A DNA stretch of 63,837 bases, filler included, from Lenisia limosa (lineage: Eukaryota; Protista; Breviatea), in the NCBI GenBank assembly GCA_001655205.1. It is 13 parts of 13 records of this genome, joined end to end, with 100 filler letters (N's around TTAATTAATTAA, not from the genome) between each part and the next. Parts side by side here need not be neighbours in the genome. Positions count along the whole stretch, not along the records: positions 1 to 19,443 come from LPNZ01011652.1; positions 19,544 to 28,922 come from LPNZ01010745.1; 11 more parts are not named here. One strand, given 5' to 3'. This document shows positions 12,812-24,500 of this stretch, piece by piece. The translations under genes and the position numbers were made by a program. Each line of letters begins with the position of its first letter. The stretch's first letter is position 1. The notes beneath the pieces are model-generated. The model saw only the letters and a list, made by a program, of their open reading frames with translations, was not told the DNA's origin and did not search any database.

Positions 12812-13576
12812 TTTAAAATAAAAGGATAAAAGGTAGCTAATCGTCGAAGATTTAATATAATTTTAACATAGGTGGTAGTGGATGGTCCCTCCAATCCTTT
12901 ACCAACCCCAACAACACTGCCAACAAGCCCACCAGCCCCAAGCCCATCCGTATAACTTGAGAAGTGTTTGTATATATTACAAACTGAGGAGGCAGATGCT
13001 CCACCTCAACACAGAATCTTCCCATGTCATTGTTACACTGATGATACTCTTGCTGTTCCGCAGTTCTCCATTCAACTCCGCAGCGGCAATTTGGTTTGCT
13101 TTCGAAGGGGGGGGGGGGGNNNNNNNNNNNNNNNNNNNNNNNNNNNNNNNNNNNNNNNNNNNNNNNNNNNNNNNNNNNNNNNNNNNNNNNNNNNNNNNNN
13201 NNNNNNNNNNNNNNNNNNNNNNNNNNNNNNNNNNNGCAAGTATTAATTGTATATCATATGTGCAGTTAAGAATAAACATGAATACTCACATTGGCTCTCC
13301 ACCCTTCCCTCTTTATGCAATAGGGCAACCCCCCAGCAAGAAGTAATTGCTGGCGACTTCACTATTGACAGTTTGCTGGCAGATTGTTCATGATAGGTAT
13401 TATGTGATACAGTAGTATTGGAAAGGGGTCTTCTACCATGATATCATATTGTGTTCTGTGGGTATTTTGAGGAAAATGGGATTTGTTGAAAAAAAAAATA
13501 TGCCAGGAAAAAGGGGTATCTGTGCATTATTAACGTTCTCTTGTTTTTGATATTCACCCATCCAGATGGGGGAAGC

Positions 13577-16152
13577 ATGCTTTCAATCAAGGATACGCTG
13601 AACTCTCTCCAGGCCCAAATCCAGGATTTATCTAAAGGTAAGCCCAATAGTTACTTTTGTTCTATAGTTCAGCGTTTTGCATCTCCGGGTGTTTCTTTAA
13701 CAATCTCAATATTTATATGTAGCTTTTTGCACATGGTTGTTCTTTTGGCCTATTGTTGCCAACATTTCGATCTTATGCTTTAGAGCTAAACTCTCATCGA
13801 AAGATTGTGGACTCCTGTGATGAAGTCAGTGAATCTGGGGAGGTAATCTTGTCCCTTTCCGACTTCAGTTACGTTCCTGCCTATTGTATTGTGGTTAGCT
13901 CTTTAATAACTTACATTTCTCTCATAAATCAAAAAAAGGGGTATTTCCTTAGTGAGGGTGGAGCTTTAGACCTCTACCCAATAGGTTCTGCGTACTTATC
14001 TTCAATGTGTAATATACTTGTTTATATTTATACCTATAGGTATGCTACAACTGGGAAAAATTAGCAAGGGGTTTTTTTTTTCCAAGTGTTATGATGATAT
14101 TGGTATCATATTTGCGATTCGAAATAATACACTCTCCAATCGCATTGCCCTCATTTCGTTTCAATGAGATTGTGCGTAGTTCCACTTGTCTGCGTTATTA
14201 AGTCTGGACTGAATTGACCAATCTCTAGGGACTATTCAACCACACATACGTAGTGGTCGCGAAGGCGCATGCAAAGTACCCTGCTTCCGACATGCTGTAT
14301 AATCACTACGATGACGATGTGAGGCTTCGAGTGATATAAAAAAAAGTGCATGCTAATGACTGGAAATATTCTTTACATCCGGCTGAATTTCTTGGGATAC
14401 GAGTGTGTGTTGACCAATAAAAATTCTGTGTTATTAATTTCATAGTGGTTGTATTATGGTTCTATTCATTCTTTGTATTATCTTACTCCTCACGTAGAAC
14501 CAAGCCCGTCTCGGCATTGAAGCAACTTCCGACTTTTCCATTCCGGTCCGCTACCTTAAATTCAAACCCTCAGAGCTGATCATGGGATCGGAAAACGACT
14601 TCAAAGATGTTTTTGGACATATGGTGAGGGATATTGAAGATGTCCACTCTGCTGCCTTTTAAATCTCAAGTTTTTTTAATTTCCAGTATGTAATGGTTTT
14701 TCTAGTACGCAGACGCTTTTGTACAGGCCAAAGCCTACAGCACCGCTTCTGCTGATAATGGTGCATGTACCACAGTCGATGCGTTCTATAGCCCTGACGT
14801 ATGCTTATCAAATAGTCTAAAAATAATATCCTGTGTAACAAATCTAACCAATAGTGGTACGCCAACGGTTTACAGTACGGCTTCCATCCGAACATGTATA
14901 CCAATGGACTTGGTAACCGCAGAGCTGGTACCGGAGGTATGTTAAGACGACTCTTGGACGTGTTTTAGATTTAATTCGGAAAAGTGCATATTTGAAGAAA
15001 AGTAGATGTAGGGACTCATTGGTTTACAAACCGAGATATTATGTGGAACGTACTGTCAGCATTACATTTCCTCCAACTTATGATAAAGGTATTGACTTGG
15101 CTGGGTCCAACTGTAGCTCTTCCGGTTACCTCCTCGCTGTTTTCAGGGGGGCTGACGATCACGTTTGCTTGTGGGGCATATGCAACTCATACAACGNNNN
15201 NNNNNNNNNNNNNNNNNNNNNNNNNNNNNNNNNNNNNNNNNNNNNNNNNNNNNNNNNNNNNNNNNNNNNNNNNNNNNNNNCACCATGGGCAGTAATACAG
15301 ATACTATGCCATTTAATGATTTAGATGGTTTTTTTGTGTTTTTGACAGTATTTGGACCACAAACAGAGAGCTTAGGGACTTAATATAGTTTTGTTCGTTG
15401 TGTATGGAGTTAATCATTATTATCTAACTGTTTAGAAATTCGTTCAAAACGAACTATGTTGGGGTTGAACTCTTCTCCAGTGTTTATTCAGCCCATGATC
15501 TTCAGGACACCACTGTCGGCTCTGCAACAGTATGCTATTATAAGCCCCATTATGTGTATAAAGTGCTCTGATCATGAATTCAATTCCTTTGAACAATTAC
15601 GTCCAAGACATGAATGCGTATTTTTTTTGATTATTTCCATTCACTTTCAAGAGACCATCGGGGCTCAATGCAGTCTGGGTTGCCGTGAGAGCCTGATCAC
15701 TGCTGTTTATAGTACAACTTGTTTAATAGGGAAATTATTCATTTCAATTTCCCACATTTTACAGTTATTAGGTTTACTGGTTAAGTAAAAAATATACATA
15801 AATAACATCTTCCTTATTGTTGTTAAGTTTGTTTTGAGACAAAAAAGATTTGGTACTACACAATAGCCTACTGGTTGAAAGACATTCTACATAATAATAT
15901 GAGAAATAACATAACATGAGAACAAGATGAATCAAACTCCCGAACAACACTTTCCAGAGTGATGTCTTCCTCACTGATGAGGCTGTGAATTGTTGGAATG
16001 CACCCTGGGAGGAACCTAAGACGGATGCATTGTCAAAGGCGCTCTTTGAATCAGGACGTGAGGCTGCTGCAAGTTCATCAAGGATTGCTGCGTAGGTCCA
16101 CACTGGTGATGCGTACTACCAGGATGCTGTTGTCCAATTTGATGCTGAATGA
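13577..16152 (+). CDS. Multi-exon hypothetical protein (N-terminal coiled coil; 5' end may extend to ~12870)
   Basis: Exons with GT-AG ends: MLSIKDTLNSLQAQIQDLSK / ELNSHRKIVDSCDEVSESGE / GLFNHTYVVVAKAHAKYPASDMLYNHYDDD / NQARLGIEATSDFSIPVRYLKFKPSELIMGSENDFKDVFGHM / YADAFVQAKAYSTASADNGACTTVDAFYSPD / ...VHTGDAYYQDAVVQFDAE*. No family recognised. Confidence 0.5.
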
Positions 16153-16247
16153 CACCTTGAAAATTACAATAATATTAAAGTGACGTCAAAACGTGTCAAA
16201 TACAAACTCTTTGGCACCCCTGCCACCTTGTTGTAACATTGGTTGCA

Positions 16248-17326
16248 TTACGTCTGAGACATGCTGCTGTTATGTAATTGGGACTGGTGCATCGAATGTT
16301 GGGGCATTTTAGGAACCTTGGTCTGGTAGAGTTGTCTGCATTCGATTCATAAATTCAGAACATTTTCATTTTCCATGAAAAGCCAAAAATAATGATGTCA
16401 CTAATGTGAAGCCATTTTGTAAACAAAAGCTGTCAAAAATTACCCCTTAAATATCTCGCGTTGAATCTGAAAACTCACGTTTATAGTAAATGATTGTAAT
16501 ATCATTTTATTAAAAATTTTATTATGACTCTTATGCGAATGTTCACTTACAGTATTCTTCGTGTTGTACTTCTCAATAACTGGATTACAACGCTTACCCA
16601 CTTCTTTCATCTACAAATATTAGTGCGTGTGTATGCGGAAAGTTGATTGAATAGTTGAATCAAGTTTCTACATCCCATTCACCTGTTTTGAAAGCTCTGC
16701 TGTATCACTTTCCTTCCAAAACATTAACGAAGCAAACAATTTTTTGAAGTCTATGTAAGTGTTTTGCAATATCTTCTCTTGGCCAAGCACACTCTAAATT
16801 GTCAGTTGCAGTTTTCACACGTCATTTAGCTGTCAAATCAGGTTCAAGCTATCAGTCACCATTAATGTATTTACCATTGTCTATTTGGCAAATATGTATC
16901 CAAATAGACGTAGTGCAATCATACTTTTCTTGAAGCAATTTTAGTGATAGTCTTTTGAATTCCACCCATTGTAATAGCTGATTCCAAAGAAATGATAAAA
17001 ATAAAATATTAAAAAAATTATTTTTTTGCATTTAACTTTGAAAATTTATATAATGTTCAGAAAAAGTGCGTTTATGAGCGTTTTAAATAAACTGGGCCCC
17101 TTTTTATGCACTGGGCCCCTTTTTATTCACTGCCCTATAGATATTGTTACATTGCAGAGGTGTGTGCCATCAAATTATCCATTGTAATACGGAACTGATG
17201 GACTCTAACAAATGTATCTTAATAGCCATAAATAAATCCCATTATCAACAACATTAATACTGTCTTGAATGAGCGTAAATTTAGACATGAGCATGGCCAC
17301 ATCACCCTCTCATTGCTTTGATCCAT
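16248..17326 (-). CDS. Small multi-exon hypothetical helical protein
   Basis: ATG 17326 MDQSNER|gtgatg; later exons with splice signals LLQWVEFKRLSLKLLQEK|gtatga, MKEVGKRCNPVIEKYNTKNT|gtaagt, IQREIFK|gtaatt, QLYQTKVPKMPQH. Confidence 0.4.
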
Positions 17327-17815
17327 GGTTTTGACAGCTGTCGTTCAATCAAATTATAAAATCTTGACTTTAGCGAATAACAGCTAACTAATAACAAATG
17401 CAAACATTAAAAGTAAGAAGGATGAAGGAGAAGGGAGGGTGCGGCGGAGGCTTTTTGTCTCTAGGAAGTCGTCTTTTTTGTTGTTTTCGTATTCTTCTTA
17501 TTCTTTTTCCCTTTTGTTCCTTCGTTCCTTCTAGTTAAGAAGGGGCTACTAATTGCGATCAACGGTCTTGTCTACGACCTTCAGTCATTTTCAGCCACCC
17601 ATCCACTCGAAAGGCGACGGTTGTGAGACTTTTGACAGAAAGGTGATAGGTGTTGATCTAAATGATCTATTAATGCTCCCTTTTTGTGGTTTTGCTTTTA
17701 GCCTAGCTACGCTTTTAGAACTTAGCCAGTTTGAGGGAAAGTGTATTGATAGCAAATCCTAAATCAAATCTACACATCTTGATAGCTTGTTACAAGAGAA
17801 AATCGGAGAATAACT

Positions 17816-19168
17816 ATGGTTTCCCTCATGCAGGGCGGTCTTGCCCCACTCCTCCTACTGTCATTGGTTTCTGTCGTATTTCCGTTTGTGTAAGCGGGGA
17901 CCGATGTTCCAATCTTCACCCACTCGTCGTTTTTGACGACAATCACACGATCTAGGAAACAAACTCCCGCCGGACTTGAAGTCAATGACCCTATCGTGTT
18001 CAACGAAGGTAATTATGAGTTTATTGAACGAATGCAATACTGATTATACGGCTAATATGCTCCCACAGACTCCTAGAGTTCGTGTTCCTTCCATATACTC
18101 CCTACTTTATTTATCATTTATTTCTCGTACCCATATATCATAATTTCCTTCTGTGTCCAACTCGCCCACAAGTCCGATCCGGTATGACCGCCTTGAAGTG
18201 ACAATTGGCGGGCAGGCAATGTCGGATGTTCTCGAGAGACAGCCTGACTACTACCCTGCCTACTTCTTTAATAAGGCCAATGACTTGGCCACCACCGNNN
18301 NNNNNNNNNNNNNNNNNNNNNNNNNNNNNNNNNNNNNNNNNNNNNNNNNNNNNNNNNNNNNNNNNNNNNNNNNNNCTAAATCGCCTCCATCAATAAGTAG
18401 CAATAAAATCATCATCATCATCGCCATCATCATCACAATCACCATTACCCCCCCCTCCCAGAAACCAGCTTCACCCTGATACCTGGCCTCCACGCCCCGG
18501 TCTTTGTCGAAAGTGCGTCTGCTGCCGCCGTTGTTACTGTCGCTGCCCCAGTGTCTACTTTGACTGTGGGTGAGGGCAAAGTATTCAATGTGATAGGTTG
18601 CATATCGGCCCCGTTAAGATGATTGCTTTTTTATGTTTCAGGTCTTTTTTCACACAAACTATTTCCTCTTTGTACACATGATACCAGACTTTCTGACTTG
18701 GACACATAGCAATTTATCCATTTATCACTTCCCCTTAAGCAATCTTTATTTAGAGCATTTTTGTGATCAATCCACTGACTATTCAGGAGACTGTGGATTT
18801 TGAGCTTCGAGTTGATGATGCGGTCATTTCTACAACTCAGATTACGACGATCAGTTGGATGATTCGCTCCAACATCTTCACCAAAATCATCCCTCTTCCC
18901 CACGGTGATCATGTTATTGACGTAAGCCTGGAGAGGCACCAATTGTTTTGAATTTCAGTTTACTCAAATTATATTGGAAGCAGTACACAGAACCTTTCAG
19001 GACAGAGTATAGTATTCAAAAAATTTTAAAACCATTATTCCAAGTTGTTTCTGTATCTAAAAAGATATCTTCTTACTGTCCACTGTTTTGACATTAAAAA
19101 GGTTGCATGGAAGTCCGCAACTCCCGTATCCACTGGAGTTTCCAATATGACTCGCTCCATTGCCATCT
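17816..19168 (+). pseudogene. Paralog B of the secreted protein at 193-4984; carries a 1-nt frameshift (pseudogene or sequencing error); 3' part lost at contig end
   Basis: MVSLMQGGLAPLLLLSLVSVVFPFV / KQTPAGLEVNDPIVFNE / VRSGMTAL-(-1 nt)-EVTIGGQAMSDVLERQP / GLHAPVFVESASAAAVVTV / QETVDFELRVDDAVISTTQITTISWMIRSNIFTKIIPLPHGDHVID / VAWKSATPVSTGVSNMTRSIAI. Most intron positions match paralog A; gccttgaagtg vs gccttagaagtg creates TGA at 18199-18201. Confidence 0.62.
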
Positions 19169-19443
19169 GTAAGCGGAGGGGGGTGATGCTTGTTTCATTT
19201 TGGAGAATATCTCTGTATTTCAGATCCTTCATGAGAAAAGGGATAATTATTAAATATAAAATTTACTATTGACAGTATAAATATACTTTGGTGTTAGTCT
19301 CTTTTTGCCACCCATTCATTACCTCTACTATTACTTGTTTCACTATGAAATGTTCACCCCGTGCGCTGGAGTGATGGGATGCGGTGCTGGCTTTTTTTTT
19401 TTGTTTTGTTGTTATCAACCCTTGTGTGCTGTCAGCCAACAGA

Positions 19444-19543
19444 NNNNNNNNNNNNNNNNNNNNNNNNNNNNNNNNNNNNNNNNNNNNTTAATTAATTAAN
19501 NNNNNNNNNNNNNNNNNNNNNNNNNNNNNNNNNNNNNNNNNNN
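19444..19543. other. Artificial contig-joining spacer (44 N + TTAATTAATTAA + 44 N), first of 12
   Basis: Identical 12-mer (stops in all six frames) embedded in N runs at 19488, 28967, 34495, 37589, 42377, 43729, 52604, 53908, 56497, 57836, 59035, 60218. Confidence 0.95.
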
Positions 19544-19597
19544 ATATATATATATATATATGTACATGTTTATCCTTAAAAGTTTTCATTTTTGTAG

Positions 19598-21211
19598 ACA
19601 CCCATGGGAGTATGATATGAGCAAAATAGCAGTGACTTCAGGAGTTTTGTTCTTCTACACGTTCATGTTGTCAACGATGTTTGCTTTCTGTGAGCCTGGG
19701 GGAGGGGGTATTTGTCTGTCATATTCAATATCTTAATAATCATTTCTGGCTCTTTCTTCTTCTTTTAGTTCACTTGCTCGTCGTTTTCTTCAGATTTTCG
19801 TTATCATCACTTTTCTCCTAATTGCGTTTAGTTCTCTGGGGATGCGATGCGACAGTTTCTCTAATTGATGTCATCGCGCTATTCGGCTACTCCCTCACCG
19901 CTTTTATACCCCTAATTGTATGGGGCGATTATATGATAGTAATTGTGTGGGTGGTGACACTACGAATCACCATCATCACCACCACCATCAACATCACCAC
20001 CATCATCGTCATCGTCACCATCAACACAATATCATCATCACCATCAACATCAACATCATCACCATCATCATTATCATCATCACCGCCACCATTATCATCC
20101 CCACCACCACCACCATTATCATCATCTCCACCACCACCACCATTATCATCATCCCCAGGGTCTTATGGTGATCCCTAACGTTCTTCTCCGATGGGTGCTG
20201 TTGACAGCAGCATGCTTTATTTCCACGGCCTTCCTAGTGCGCAATATGTGGACGGCCGGAGCGGCACAGCCTAATAAGCGGTTCGGGGGGTGGATAGCTC
20301 TGCATTTTTCTGTTTTCCAGATTTTTATGTACTATTATGCTCTTTCTTCCGCAACAAAGTTGTTAAAGTGCACATTCATGCTATTTAAGCTATAGAAGGG
20401 TCAAGGTGTATGTAGATTCTAATATGTCATGCTATGTGCATGTGATATAATGTGCATCAAACTATTATTACATAATATTGAATTAATACTCCCATATCTC
20501 TTATAGGCGTGATGGNNNNNNNNNNNNNNNNNNNNNNNNNNNNNNNNNNNNNNNNNNNNNNNNNNNNNNNNNNNNNNNNNNNNNNNNNNNNNNNNNNNNN
20601 NNNNNNNNNNNNNNNNNNNNNNNNNNNNNNNNNNNNNNNNNNNNNNNNNNNNNNNNNNNNNNNNNNNNNNNNNNNTCATTCACGCTATTTACATTGTAGA
20701 AGGGTCATGGTGTACGTGGTGGTCATAGTACAGATCCTTGTAGCCCTTTTCTTTAAGGTGGGTGTGTGGCGTGTGTGTGTGTGTGGGGGGGGTGCTATCA
20801 GGGTTCTTTAATGTATTTGGTAGAGTGGGGTGGGTACATTGCTTGCAATCACCTCTTCATGTTCTTTTTTGTGATTTGTGTTTCTTAAATTTCCGGTTTC
20901 CCCTACCCCCATGCGGTGCTGCAGAAGCGNNNNNNNNNNNNNNNNNNNNNNNNNNNNNNNNNNNNNNNNNNNNNNNNNNNNNNNNNNNNNNNNNNNNNNN
21001 NNNNNNNNNNNNNNNNNNNNNNNNNNNNNNNNNNNNNNNNNNNNNNNNNNNNNNNNNNNNNNNNNNNNNNNNNNNNNNNNNNNNNNNNNNNNNNNNNNNN
21101 NNNNNNNNNNNNNNNNNNNNNNNNNNNNNNNNNNNNNNNNNNNNNNNNNNNNNNNNNNNNNNNNNNNNNNNNNNNNNNCATGTTAACAAGGACTCCGTGC
21201 ACATTAATTGA
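19598..21211 (+). CDS. YIPF1: Yip1-domain protein (YIPF1/YIPF2/Yip5 type), 5'-truncated at contig start
   Basis: HPWEYDMSKIAVTSGVLFFY / LVLWGCDATVSLIDVIALFGYSLTAFIPL / VIPNVLLRWVLLTAACFISTAFLVRNMW / MVYVVVIVQILVALFFK; matches the YIPF1/2 pattern (xxxxYGYSLxxxIP...IP...RW). Final exon tentative. Confidence 0.8.
19960..20157. repeat. Degenerate (CAT/CAC)n trinucleotide microsatellite in a YIPF intron
   Basis: catcaccaccatcatc... between donor ~19917 and acceptor ccccAG ~20158. Confidence 0.85.
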
Positions 21212-21593
21212 AGGTATTGATTGACAACATTAGAAATTAAAGTGTCCTGAAAGGGCCGCCTAAGTTTACATTTGATTTACACAGAGCCTGTTTCGGGGAG
21301 GAAAAAAAAACTACTGGGTTCCTTTTATAGTTCATTACAAGCTATACACAACATGAACTATGTATGTCATATCTGAACTATCGATATAATAATAAATATG
21401 CCGAATTTCTCGATAAGCTCGGTAAATATCAATATCCCCGGTTTTACGGAACGGGGAAGCTGAAATCAATTGAGAATTACTTTAAACATGTATAATTGCT
21501 TTTATAGGGATTATCTTCTTCAAAAGCACAACAGCAAAATATAAATAACTTCGAAAACATAACATAGACAACACCACTTCAAAGATACATAAA

Positions 21594-24500
21594 CTAGGCC
21601 TTTCTTCTCAGCTTTGAGGAGATATGATACACCGTCATCCCACCAATCTACAAACATGAGTACACATTTATAGGGAATTAGTCCAGATTTATGGAGATTT
21701 AATCCAGATTTATCGAGGTAAGTCATTCATCGAGGATTAGCCAATATTTCTTCAGGATGAATAAACCCCCCGCCGCACCATGCTAGCGGACCAGACAGCG
21801 AATTGCGGGGCATGGACGGACGCAAGCCCCACGACACCGGGTCCCGGGCAGACCCCACCAAGGCCCCACCCGGCTCCGAATAGCGCTGATCCTGGGGGTT
21901 ATACGATGGGGGAGTAAAATTGGAAAATTTATGCAATAAAAAAAAGCTCAAAATCAACTCCTTTGGCTGACAGCACACTAGGGTTGAAAACAACAAAACA
22001 AACAAAGNNNNNNNNNNNNNNNNNNNNNNNNNNNNNNNNNNNNNNNNNNNNNNNNNNNNNNNNNNNNNNNNNNNNNNNNNNNNNNNNNNGTGGGGGGTTA
22101 TAGTAGGGCCCTGTGATCCCAAAAAAAGACTGTATTTCTCGATAAATCTTAGAAAAAATTTATCATTTTCGGACTCCTTAACAAAATAAGTTTCCCCCCC
22201 ATACCGGAGACAAGAGGAAGAGTAATATCCCGGGCCGTGGGCAGATTGAACTTTTCGGTCAAAATTGGAGCGGAACGTTTGAGAATGGAAGGGAAGGTCA
22301 AGAGGTTTACTCCTAAGGCTCCACCCATGACCATGGCCTAACAGGTAAGGGGGAATTGGGGGGACGGTTCACTGATTTTTGATAGCGAAGTTTGTTTGTA
22401 GATAATATGTTGCATATTATCTAATGAAAGAGCAATAGAAACCTTGATATATGTTGAAATGAGAAATATAAAAAAACGTGGCCGTAGCCGTCCACACCAT
22501 CACGCATATAAGAGATATAGGATTGTAGTATCTAGTCTACCATTCATATAATACATATATATATATATATGCATATAGTGCTCCAAAAAAAACCCCGTCA
22601 AAATATCGATATTTATCGAAGATATATTGTGAAATGGGTCGGACCCTATTCCACCACCCCACCAAGGAAGGGTCCCAGGTGCCGGTGATATTCAAAAAGC
22701 CGAGCACTTTTGAGGGGTCCGTCCTGAGCTGAGTTATGGGGTGTATATATAATGAGAAATAAAAATATAGATGTATCTGGCCGAAGCCGTCCANNNNNNN
22801 NNNNNNNNNNNNNNNNNNNNNNNNNNNNNNNNNNNNNNNNNNNNNNNNNNNNNNNNNNNNNNNNNNNNNNNNNNNNNNNNNNNNNNNGGGGAGGGGTTGG
22901 GGTAGCTCAATGTAGAAAAAGGGAGCATTTCCAACATAACAAGTAAAACAAAATAGGTTATACGGGGATATAGCGGATAAGGTTTCACTTCGATCCAGAA
23001 AATAACTGAACTTCGTTAAATCATCGATATATTTCGATATTTTATTGATCTTTTTCGAACCAGAATGAAGCCTGAATTGTTTTTCAAAATATGCAGCATT
23101 CCTGCTTACATACCCCCCCCCCCCACTTTTCATTATATGCATATCTAAGGCTTCACTTCGGTTCAAATTCCGGTAAAATATTGATAGTTTTTGAGGAGTT
23201 ATCGAGAAATCCAGTCTTTTTTCGAACCAAGATGAAGTCCTCATTATAAAACTATATAATTGTATATCCCCTCCAACATTCCGGACACTATGAGGCCAGC
23301 TCCCATCATCAGTCCGCTGCCGTAGGACACCGCCAAAGATTTCAATGAATCTACGGCTTTCTGGGGGGGGGGGGNNNNNNNNNNNNNNNNNNNNNNNNNN
23401 NNNNNNNNNNNNNNNNNNNNNNNNNNNNNNNNNNNNNNNNNNNNNNNNNNNNNNNNNNNNNNNNNNNNNNNNNNNNNNNNNNNNNNNNNNNNNNNNNNNN
23501 NNNNNNNNNNNNNNNNNNNNNNNNNNNNNNNNNNNNNNNNNNNNNNNNNNNNNNNNNNNNNNNNNNNNNNNNNNNNNNNNNNNNNNNNNNNNNNNNGGTC
23601 AAAAATGGACTATTTTATCAAACAAAACCCAAAATAAACAACTATGTTGGCTATGTATTCTCCAAAACCATACCCCCACACCATTAATGATTTAGCCTTG
23701 CCCCATCCCCCTTTAAGCACTCATTCTTCTCATTAATATATAAACCAAATTCCCGCTTTCAAACACTCATTTAGAACCTTAGAACCTCCCACGGATGATT
23801 TAGCACTGGCTCTGCGAACATCCAGGGCATGCATGAGGAGGCTGGTGGAGGCCAGGTACGCTATCCCCCCCTATAAGCAGGTTATAAAGAGAGGGGAAAT
23901 AAAACAAGGTTGTGTATCTGACCAAAGCCGTCCACACCATCAGCAGGTTATAGTTCGAAAACTTCCACGGATATCCGAACAAAAATTTATGGTTATCTAT
24001 TTACTAAAATTTAACTCTTCATAACTGTTGTTCCCTTATGTCAGTATTACTCTAAATCTAAACCACGCAAGTTACACTAGGTTACGGTTCTTTTGTTTCT
24101 TCAACCAAGTCAGGTTTCGAGCTAAAAATCCACTTTTACCGACCGGCCAAACATTCATTAATACCCCACAAACAGTGACTAAAAGAGGAGTTGCAATACA
24201 AGTGGGAAGGGCGAAGGGATCCCCAACTGCTGAAAGAATCTCACTAATAAGTCAGACAAATCGAAATATTTCACTAATAAGTTGGGCAAATATCTAAAAA
24301 CAATAAGTTGTGGAAATACAAATGTTGAGAATTGATTGTACTCCCCCTTGTACATAAATAAACATAACCCCACACCTCACGCAAACATAAACATAAAACA
24401 TAAACATCACTCCCTTCTCAAACATGAGATTGTACCCCCCCACATAGAATTGGGAATCGGGGCCTTTTCGAAGAGCTCTGCAAACAACTGCGTGTTTTCT

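Noticed and set aside
17816-19168. Idea that paralog B is nested within an intron of the YIPF gene
   Set aside because: A contig spacer at 19444-19543 separates them, and no YIPF exons occur upstream.
19822-20178. ORFs rich in His/Ile/Ser/Pro (HHHHHH, SSSPPP)
   Set aside because: Translation of an intronic (CAT/CAC)n microsatellite in YIPF1.
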